NCBI GenBank assembly: GCA_016212885.1 | Contig: JACRDO010000132.1 | Location: 28,779 to 92,778 of the forward strand | DNA length: 64,000 nucleotides | Direction of reading: 5' to 3' | Origin: Elusimicrobiota bacterium | Lineage (GTDB): Bacteria > Elusimicrobiota > Elusimicrobia > UBA1565 | In this document: piece by piece, positions 17,196-23,897 of the stretch | How the letters are laid out: each line of letters starts with the position of its first letter | Numbering within the stretch: the stretch's first letter is position 1 | Translations under genes and position numbers: made by a program | The notes under the pieces: generated by a model | What the model saw: only the letters and a program-made list of their open reading frames with translations | What the model was told of the DNA's origin: nothing | The model's database searches: none

Positions 17196-18773
17196 ATGTT
17201 CGCAAGGTTTATTCCATTGGCGCTTCTGGCTCTGGCGCTGCGGGCCTCGCCCGCGTGGGCCCAGGCGATCGGAGGCCAGCCCGGCGAGATATTCTCCTTC
17301 GGGGCCGGGGCCCGGGCGCTCGCCATGGGCTCGGCCTACACGGCCGTGGTCAACGACGTATCTTCGGTCTACTACAACCCCGCCGGGCTCGGGCTTCTGC
17401 CGGCGCGGGAGATCTCCCTCATGCGGGCGTTCCTCTACGGGGATGCGACCTACGACTACATCGCCTACGCGCAAAACAACCGCAAGAACGCCGGCGGCTG
17501 GGGCGCCGAGTTCATCCAGTTCAAGGTCGGCGGGGCGAGCGGGCGCGACCAGGACAACAACGAGACCGGGCAGTTCGGCTACTCTGAAAGAGCCTTCGGC
17601 CTCGCGGCAGCCTGGCGCGGGCTCCTGCACCCGCGGCTCTCCCTCGGCGCCAAGGTGAAGATGATGCAGCGCGGCTTCAGCGGCGCCGGCAACGCCGCCT
17701 CCGACAGGCTCTTTGGCATCGACTTCGGCGCGCAGATGGGGCCGTGGGTCGGCGAGCGCCTCATGCTCGGACTCATAGTGCAGAATGTGATGGGCTTCAA
17801 GCAGGGCGACACGGAGGATTCCCTCAAGCTGCTGCTGCGCCTCGGCGCGGCCTACAAGGTCATCGGGCCGCTCTCCGTCGCGGCCGATGTCTCCAACAAC
17901 AGGGAGTTCCGCGTGGGGACGGAGTACTCCATCGGGTTCCTGGCTCTCCGGGTCGGCCTCGCCCAGCAGGGCATGACCTTCGGCGGAGGGCTGCTCTTCA
18001 AGAACCGTTATTCCGTGGACCTGGCGATGCTCAACCATCCGACCCTCGGCATGTCGCAGAGGATCTCGCTCGGCTACCGGTTCGCCGGCGCCGCGGGCGC
18101 GGGCGAGAAGTCGAAGAAGATGCGGTTCTACGCCGAGGAGTTCCTCGCCAACGCCCAGGCCGAGCTGAAGAAGAGGAACTACCTCAAAGCCCTCAACGAC
18201 TTCTCCGCCGGCCTCGGCATCGACCCCAAGCGCGGGGCCGAGTGGCGCTCGAAGACCGACCGCCTGCGCCGGCTCCTCAAGCGGATGGGCCTCGAGGCCC
18301 ATCCGGAGGACAGCGCCACGCTCGCAGAGGACTCGCAGCCCGCCGTCGTAGCTTTCGCGGCCATAGAATCCTACATGGGCCGGGAGGAGGAGCGGGCGAT
18401 GACTCTGGCCCACGCGGCGGTCGGCCTGGATACCGCCAAGGGCGCCTTCGGACGGCTGCTCGACTCGCTGGCAGCGCTGACGGGACATGCGATCCAGCGC
18501 GACCAGCTCCTGCCGCCGCTGCGGCTGGCGGAGTTCAAGATGAAGCGGGCCATGGACGCCATCTATGCCCGCAGGTTCGAGGCGGCCGTGACCCTGCTTC
18601 GCGAAGCCCTCTGGCTCGACCCCGGCAACGTCATGGCCTGGACCCGGCTCGGCTCGGCCTTCTTCGCCTCCGGGGACCGCCCGAAGGCCGCGGAGGCGTA
18701 CCGAGAGGCGCTCCGGCTCAACCCGGCCGATGAGAAGCTGAGGCAGTTCGTCAGGTCCCAGGGGTTGGAGTAA
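17196..18773 (+). CDS. Outer-membrane beta-barrel protein, PorV/PorQ (FadL)-like, with C-terminal TPR-like domain
   Basis: Signal peptide MFARFIPLALLALALRASPAWAQ. The N-terminal motif GARALAMGSAYTAVVNDVSSVYYNPAGLG is typical of FadL/PorV/PorQ-type barrels. An amphipathic strand pattern runs to about residue 300 (..QRISLGYRF). A ~220-aa helical TPR-like tail follows (AWTRLGSAFFASGDRPKAAEAYREALRLNPAD). Confidence 0.55.
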   Translation: MFARFIPLALLALALRASPAWAQAIGGQPGEIFSFGAGARALAMGSAYTAVVNDVSSVYYNPAGLGLLPAREISLMRAFLYGDATYDYIAYAQNNRKNAGGWGAEFIQFKVGGASGRDQDNNETGQFGYSERAFGLAAAWRGLLHPRLSLGAKVKMMQRGFSGAGNAASDRLFGIDFGAQMGPWVGERLMLGLIVQNVMGFKQGDTEDSLKLLLRLGAAYKVIGPLSVAADVSNNREFRVGTEYSIGFLALRVGLAQQGMTFGGGLLFKNRYSVDLAMLNHPTLGMSQRISLGYRFAGAAGAGEKSKKMRFYAEEFLANAQAELKKRNYLKALNDFSAGLGIDPKRGAEWRSKTDRLRRLLKRMGLEAHPEDSATLAEDSQPAVVAFAAIESYMGREEERAMTLAHAAVGLDTAKGAFGRLLDSLAALTGHAIQRDQLLPPLRLAEFKMKRAMDAIYARRFEAAVTLLREALWLDPGNVMAWTRLGSAFFASGDRPKAAEAYREALRLNPADEKLRQFVRSQGLE

Positions 18774-18786
18774 CAAAAAGGCAATG

Positions 18787-18802
18787 AAAGCCCCGGCTTT
18801 TT
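18787..18802 (+). terminator. Weak hairpin plus T-tract after the barrel gene (AAAGC-CCCG-GCTTT-TT)
   Basis: 5-bp stem, 4-nt loop and a short T run, 14 nt after the stop codon. It is too weak to assert termination. Confidence 0.2.
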
Positions 18803-18823
18803 CCTGCATACTTGAGCGGTGAC

Positions 18824-21331
18824 ATGGACGCTGTCATCATCGTCCTGATCCCGGTGCTGTTCCTGACGCTGGCGGCCAGCATGCTGGTCGTCAGCCAGGT
18901 TTCCGGCTTCTTCCAGTCCAACAAGTACTCCCGCAAGCGCCAGCAGGACCGCATGGAGATCCAGCGGTTCATGGCCCAACTGGCCGGCGCGCAGAGCCAG
19001 GTCTTTGCGCGCAGCAAGGAGCTCGAGCGGCTCTCGGCGAACCTGCAGCTCAGCAACCAGGAGCTGGCCCGGCTCAACAGCATGAAGACGAAGTTCCTGT
19101 CGATGGTTGTCCACGATATGAGGACCCCGCTTGCCTCCATCAAGGGGTTCGGCGAAATGCTCAGCCGCCAGACGCTCCCGGCGCAGCAGACGAAGTATGT
19201 GAACTATATCGTCAGCGGCACGGACCAGATCAACCAGCTGATGGCCGACCTCACGGACCTCGCGGTCATCGAAGCAGGCAAGCTCAAAATGGAAAAGCAG
19301 CCATTCGCCTTGTCCGACATGGTCAATGACCTCGTGCCCGGGATTGGCCTGCAGGCGCAGAAGAAGGGCGTGATTTTCACGGCGCCGGAGCCGCCGCGGG
19401 GGATCACCGTAATCGGGGACAGCTTCCGTCTGCGCCAAGCGCTCCAGAACTTCCTCACCAACGCGGTCAAATTCACCCCCGCGGGGGGAAAAGTCGAGCT
19501 GAGGGTCAGCGTGGGCCCGCGGGGCGCGCTGTTCCAGGTCAAGGACACGGGCCCGGGCATCCACGCCTCCGAGCGCAAGCGCATCTTCGAGAAGTTTTAC
19601 CAGTCGCAGTTCGGGGACCCGAAGGCGCGCCAGAAGGGCTGGGGGCTCGGCCTCTCGATCGCGCAGGAGATCATCCGCTCGCACCAGGGGGAGATGGGGG
19701 TGGATTCCGCCGGGCTCGGCAAGGGCGCCACCTTCTGGTACCGCATCCCGCTCAAGCCCTCCAGGATGGCGGCCTACGCGCTCGCAAAGACCGCGGCGGC
19801 CGTCCTCCTGCTGGCCCTGCTCCTGCCGGGGGCCCGGGCCCAGCAGACGCTCCCGATCGAGGAGAAGGCGAAGTTCGAGAAATCCCTCGAGGACCGCGCC
19901 AACACGATCCTGCTCCACATCCTGGGGCCCAACCGCGGGCGTGTCGTAGTCGACGCCACGCTCGACTTCACCCGCATCGAGAAGTTCGACGTCAAGAGCG
20001 GAGCCGTATCGCCTGACCGGGAGACCCTCTACCTCTGGGAGAAGGTGGGAGCCCAATCGGGCGGCCAGGACCTGCTCCCGGGCATCCCGCCCCAGGAGCA
20101 GCTGCCGAACGCGAACCTGGCGCGCTCCTACGAGCGGCAAAACTCCTTCCCGACGGCCTTTATCAAGAGACTCAAGGTGACGGTTATCTTGGACGGCGCT
20201 GTCGGCGCCGACCAACGCAAGATCATCACGGATGCCCTGACGGAGGCTCTCGACCTCAAGAAAGATCGGGGAGTGGATGCAAACGGCTTCACGCTCAAAG
20301 ACGAAATGCTGATCGTTCCCGCCACCTTCGCCCCCGCATGGAAGACGGTCTGGTACACCCCGGAATCCGCAAGCCTCCTCTTCAAATACGCGCTCATCAG
20401 CCTGATGACGCTGATCACCCTCATCGTCGTCGCGGCCTGCTTCCTGAAGCTCGCGGAGGCGATGGACTCGATGGCGCAGGCGCAGGCCCATCAGCTCCAG
20501 ATGGACTTCGGCCAGCAGGGCGCCGACCTCGCCGGGAAGGAAGAGGAGGAGAAGAAGAAGAAGGAGGAGGAGGCCAAAGCCGAGAGCGCGGAGGCCGCCT
20601 CCACCAAGATCGTCTTCAACGTCAAGGTGGAGCAGATCGAGACGCTCATCGAGATGGTGCGCAGCCAGGACGCGGAGAACATCTCCCTCATCGCCGCGCA
20701 CCTCCCGCCCGACGTCAAGAAGGCGTTCCTGGCCAAGCTCCCGCCGAGCGTCTACAGCGAGGTGATCTTCTATCTCGGCCGCGTGCGCTTCATCGACCAG
20801 GAGGTTGTCTCCACCGTCAAGGACGAGCTGGAGCGGCGCCTGGAGAGCGCGGTCGGCGGCCGGTCGAACCTCCTCGGCATGATCGAGGCCTCGGACCTCA
20901 AGTCCAAGCGCGAGCTCCTCAAGCTGCTCGAGGAGCGCGACCCCGACCTTGCGCGGCAGCTGCGCGAGCAAATCCTGCTCTTCGAGGACCTCTCGGACCT
21001 CGAGGAGAAGGACTGGTCCTTGGTCTTCTCGGTCGTCACGCTCGAGGAATGGGCCTTCGCGCTCTACGATGCCCCGGAGGATCTGGTCGAGGCGCTCAAG
21101 AGCCAGATGCTTCCGAAGACCTGGGCCATCCTGTCCCAGATGATGCAGGTGGGCCGTCCCTCGGAAAGGGCCATCGAGGAGGCGCACGAGCGCATCGTCA
21201 ACTCGGTCTGGAAGCTGGTTCAGGACGGCCGCATCACCAACCCCATCACCCGCCGCATCGAGCGCATGGCCGCCCGGCCGAAGGAAGAGGGCCCTCCCCC
21301 CTTGGTCGAGGGCGCCGCGGAGCTGGGCTAG
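18824..21331 (+). CDS. Fusion protein: membrane-anchored histidine kinase + FliF RBM3-like periplasmic ring domain + FliG (middle and C-terminal)-like domain
   Basis: The frame is open from TTG 18812 / ATG 18824 to TAG 21329-21331 with no internal stop. N-terminal TM helix (AVIIVLIPVLFLTLAASMLVV), coiled coil, H-box FLSMVVHDMRTPLASI, N-box NAVKFT, G1 DTGPGI, G2 GWGLGLSIA. From M at 19766 there is a TM or signal-like helix. Next comes LEDRANTILLHILGPNRGRVVVDATLDF...IKRLKVTVILDG...TM, colinear with FliF RBM3, beta-collar and TM2. After a Glu/Lys-rich linker, a region aligns end to end with FliG_M and FliG_C (ISLIAAHLPPDVKKAFLAKLPPSVYSEVI...; LLKLLEERDPDLARQLREQILLFEDL...WAFALYDAPEDLVEALKSQM). 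Confidence 0.8.
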   Translation: MDAVIIVLIPVLFLTLAASMLVVSQVSGFFQSNKYSRKRQQDRMEIQRFMAQLAGAQSQVFARSKELERLSANLQLSNQELARLNSMKTKFLSMVVHDMRTPLASIKGFGEMLSRQTLPAQQTKYVNYIVSGTDQINQLMADLTDLAVIEAGKLKMEKQPFALSDMVNDLVPGIGLQAQKKGVIFTAPEPPRGITVIGDSFRLRQALQNFLTNAVKFTPAGGKVELRVSVGPRGALFQVKDTGPGIHASERKRIFEKFYQSQFGDPKARQKGWGLGLSIAQEIIRSHQGEMGVDSAGLGKGATFWYRIPLKPSRMAAYALAKTAAAVLLLALLLPGARAQQTLPIEEKAKFEKSLEDRANTILLHILGPNRGRVVVDATLDFTRIEKFDVKSGAVSPDRETLYLWEKVGAQSGGQDLLPGIPPQEQLPNANLARSYERQNSFPTAFIKRLKVTVILDGAVGADQRKIITDALTEALDLKKDRGVDANGFTLKDEMLIVPATFAPAWKTVWYTPESASLLFKYALISLMTLITLIVVAACFLKLAEAMDSMAQAQAHQLQMDFGQQGADLAGKEEEEKKKKEEEAKAESAEAASTKIVFNVKVEQIETLIEMVRSQDAENISLIAAHLPPDVKKAFLAKLPPSVYSEVIFYLGRVRFIDQEVVSTVKDELERRLESAVGGRSNLLGMIEASDLKSKRELLKLLEERDPDLARQLREQILLFEDLSDLEEKDWSLVFSVVTLEEWAFALYDAPEDLVEALKSQMLPKTWAILSQMMQVGRPSERAIEEAHERIVNSVWKLVQDGRITNPITRRIERMAARPKEEGPPPLVEGAAELG

Positions 21332-21334
21332 GCT

Positions 21335-22459
21335 ATGGCGGAGAAAGTCGACTTCCTTCTCGCCTCCCTGCGCGGCCAGCCACCGCCCGAGGCCCCGCCG
21401 TCCGTCGAGGCCCAGGCGGCTGCGGCCGCCTCGGAAGAGCAGCTCGCCCCTCTGCGCTCGAAGGTCGAGGAGCTCGAGCGCAAGCTCGCCGAGCTCTCGG
21501 CGCCGCCCGCCCCGCCGGAAGGCGCGGAGGCTCCGGCGGAGCCGCCCAAGCCGCCGACCGAACTGATGATGTTCCTGCACACGCGCATGGAGCTTCTCGA
21601 GCGCCGCCTGGAGCTCGCCCAGCAGGAGGCCCTGCGGGCCAACCTGGTCCTCCGCGAGCGCGAGGAAGCGCAGAAGAAGGCCCAGGGCGAGGTCGAGGAG
21701 CTCTTCCGCTCGATCCGCGAGCAGGAGCGCTCGGCCCGCTTCGACCGGAGGCTGCGCGAGCAGTACTCCGCGACCCACTCCCGCGTGGAGGAGCTGGAGG
21801 CCCGGCTGGCCATGGCCCAGCTGCGCATGGTCCCCGCCGACGAGGTTCTCCGGTCTATCGAGAGGGAGGAGGGCTTGGGCGAGCTCCGTTCCCGGCTGAA
21901 GGAGCAGCTTTCAAGGATGTCCGGGGGGGAGCCGTCCGTCGGCGCCCCGGCGCCGGCCCCGCCCCCAGCGCCTCCGGCAGGGGCCCCGGACCGGCCCGAG
22001 GGACCCGCACGGCCCGCGCAGGACGCCCCGTTCAACTATAGCGAGCTTCCGCCCCTTTCCATCGTGACGGCCAAGATCGCCGATCTTGAGCTTCGGCTCG
22101 CGGAGGCCGAGAAAGCCCGCGAGAAGGAGCGCCAAAGCCGCCTCCTCTGGGAGAACAACGTCCTTCAGGCGCTCCGGCAGTCCTCCGGCCGCTGGCAGAA
22201 AGCCGGCGGAGCCGGGCTTCTGGTGGAGGCGACTTTGGAGAGTATGGTAGAGTTGCTCAAGAAGAGGGACCTCCTCGCCGGGGAGACGGCTCAGATCCTG
22301 GACAGGCTCCGGTCCGAGCCGCCGGGCTCGGGGGAGGAGCCCCTCCTGCGGGCGCGGCTCGCGGAGCTGCGCAAGAGCATCGAAGAGCTCCAGGGCGAGC
22401 TCGACAAGAAGATGGCGATCGTCAACGCCTGGACCGAGCGGAATAAAGGCAAGGATTAA
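21335..22459 (+). CDS. Coiled-coil / proline-rich protein of unknown function
   Basis: ATG lies 3 nt after the preceding stop. Heptad-rich Glu/Arg/Leu segments (VEELERKLAEL, RMELLERRLELAQQEALRANL, IADLELRLAEAEKAREKERQ) are separated by Pro/Ala linkers. No recognisable family. Confidence 0.6.
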   Translation: MAEKVDFLLASLRGQPPPEAPPSVEAQAAAAASEEQLAPLRSKVEELERKLAELSAPPAPPEGAEAPAEPPKPPTELMMFLHTRMELLERRLELAQQEALRANLVLREREEAQKKAQGEVEELFRSIREQERSARFDRRLREQYSATHSRVEELEARLAMAQLRMVPADEVLRSIEREEGLGELRSRLKEQLSRMSGGEPSVGAPAPAPPPAPPAGAPDRPEGPARPAQDAPFNYSELPPLSIVTAKIADLELRLAEAEKAREKERQSRLLWENNVLQALRQSSGRWQKAGGAGLLVEATLESMVELLKKRDLLAGETAQILDRLRSEPPGSGEEPLLRARLAELRKSIEELQGELDKKMAIVNAWTERNKGKD

Positions 22460-23197
22460 ATGGACATTACGACACTCTCCGGCATCGTCGGCGTCTTAGC
22501 CATGGTGCTCATCGGGGGCTTCACCGGCGAGCTCTCCGCGGTCTTCCTGAACGCGCACGGCATCGTGATCGTCTTCGGCGGGACCGCCGTCGCCATGCTC
22601 ATCAATACGCCGCTGCGCTATGTTCGGGAGACGCTCCTGGCGTTGGCGGAGCTCTTTCGGGGAGACCGCTTCAGCGACCCGGGCGAGCTGATCCCGGTGC
22701 TGGTGCGCCTTTCCGAGCAGGTCCAGGCGCACGGACTCGGGGCCCTGCGGGGCATCGACGAAAGGGCCGCGGGCGGCTTCCTCGGCCAGGCCGCCACCAC
22801 TGCGATGGAGTACAACAACCCCGACTTCGTCCGGCGCGTGCTGGAGACCGAGGTCAACAACAGGGTGGACCGGGCCAACGAGGTCATCAACGTGGTCCGC
22901 ACCATGGGCGTTGTCGCACCGATGTTCGGCCTGCTCGGCACCCTCATCGGCATCGTGCGGGTCATGGCCGTGCTCACCGACCCGGTGAAGGTCGCCCCGG
23001 CCATGGCTGTCGCCATCACCACGGCCTTCTACGGCATCGCCTTGGCCAACCTGGTGGCGGTCCCCATGGCCGGCAAGATGCGCTTCAGGCTGTGGGAGGA
23101 GATCAAGGTCCGGGCGATGGTCATTGAGGGCGTCATCGGCATGATGCAGGGCACGGTCCCCCTGGTGCTCGAGCGCCGCCTGCAGGCTTTCAAATAG
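22460..23197 (+). CDS. motA: MotA/PomA-family stator channel protein (4 TM)
   Basis: 245 aa. It has TM1-TM2, a ~100-aa cytoplasmic loop, then TM3-TM4 with MGVVAPMFGLLGTLIGIV and APAMAVAITTAFYGIALANLVAVPMAGKM, the MotA-type signature. The start abuts the previous stop (0-nt gap). Confidence 0.85.
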   Translation: MDITTLSGIVGVLAMVLIGGFTGELSAVFLNAHGIVIVFGGTAVAMLINTPLRYVRETLLALAELFRGDRFSDPGELIPVLVRLSEQVQAHGLGALRGIDERAAGGFLGQAATTAMEYNNPDFVRRVLETEVNNRVDRANEVINVVRTMGVVAPMFGLLGTLIGIVRVMAVLTDPVKVAPAMAVAITTAFYGIALANLVAVPMAGKMRFRLWEEIKVRAMVIEGVIGMMQGTVPLVLERRLQAFK

Positions 23198-23200
23198 ATC

Positions 23201-23881
23201 ATGGCCGTCTACCGCTTCAGGAAGGAGGAGCTCGAGGGACATCTCAACAGGAACGCCCTCTGGGCGATCGTCTACGGGGACATGATGAGCTACCTCATGA
23301 TCCTCTTCCTCCTCCTGCTCTCCACCGCGCTCATGAAGAACGTCAAGAAGGAGGATAGGCCGGAGGTCGAGAAGTCCCTCATGGAGATCCAGGTGGTCTT
23401 CGGCGGCAAGGTGGACAAGGCGTACGAGGAGAAGAGGTCGCGCGACGAGAAATTCTTCAAGATCTCCGAGGCGCTGAAGGGGATGCAGAGCGCCAACGTC
23501 AGCGTCATCGCCACCGAGAAGCTCGTCCGCGTGCAGCTCGGGGAGGGCGTTCTCTTCGACTCCGGCAGCGCGGAGCTCAAGGAGAGCGCCGCGCCGCTGC
23601 TGGAGCCTATCGCCAAGCAGATGCTCGTCCCCGACAACCAGATCCGCGTCGAAGGCCACACCGACACCGTCCCTATCCGAAAAGGCAAGTACAAGTCCAA
23701 CTGGGAGCTCTCCATGGCCCGCGCCTATTCGGTCGTCCGGACGCTCGAGGGGATGGGCGTCAAGCCGGAGCGGCTCTCCGGCATCGGCTACGGCGAGTAC
23801 CGCCCGGTCGCCGCCAACGACACCCCTGAGAACAAGGCCAAGAATCGCCGCATCGAGATCAACCTGCTGCGGTCGGAATAG
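23201..23881 (+). CDS. motB: MotB-family stator protein with OmpA-like peptidoglycan-binding domain
   Basis: The N-terminal TM carries the conserved Asp (WAIVYGDMMSYLMILFLLL). The C-terminal OmpA-like domain reads VLFDSGSAELK...IRVEGHTDTVP...SNWELSMARAYSVVRTL...GYGEYRPVA.N.T.....NRRIEI. Confidence 0.85.
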   Translation: MAVYRFRKEELEGHLNRNALWAIVYGDMMSYLMILFLLLLSTALMKNVKKEDRPEVEKSLMEIQVVFGGKVDKAYEEKRSRDEKFFKISEALKGMQSANVSVIATEKLVRVQLGEGVLFDSGSAELKESAAPLLEPIAKQMLVPDNQIRVEGHTDTVPIRKGKYKSNWELSMARAYSVVRTLEGMGVKPERLSGIGYGEYRPVAANDTPENKAKNRRIEINLLRSE

Positions 23882-23897
23882 TATAATCTGCCGGCCC

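Noticed and set aside
20540-20585. Purine-rich GAA/GAG/AAG run that looked like a simple-sequence repeat.
   Set aside because: It encodes the Glu/Lys linker (KEEEEKKKKEEEAK) between TM3 and the FliG-like domain. It is in frame and has no exact unit repetition, so I treat it as a coding low-complexity linker rather than a microsatellite.
19766-21331. Annotating the FliF/FliG-like part as a separate gene starting at ATG 19766.
   Set aside because: I did not adopt this because no stop codon terminates the kinase frame, and the fused topology is self-consistent. Internal initiation remains possible and is flagged in the findings.
18563-21778. 1071-aa minus-strand ORF and 545-aa ORF 17172..18809, antisense to the barrel, kinase-rotor and coiled-coil genes.
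   Set aside because: Both are low-complexity Leu/Arg/Glu/Gly translations with no motifs. The plus-strand genes have strong family signatures and operon-like spacing.
22460-23881. Interpretation of the MotA/MotB pair as a Zorya (ZorAB) anti-phage defence module.
   Set aside because: ZorA proteins are much longer, with an extended C-terminal tail, and are followed by ZorC/ZorD-type genes. Here MotA is 245 aa, and the neighbours are FliF/FliG-like, a coiled-coil protein and two-component signalling genes.
22460-23881. Interpretation as ExbB/ExbD or TolQ/TolR.
   Set aside because: The channel protein has four TM helices with a large loop between TM2 and TM3 (MotA-type, not 3-TM ExbB/TolQ). The partner has an OmpA-like peptidoglycan-binding domain, which ExbD/TolR lack. 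No TonB/TolA-like gene is adjacent.
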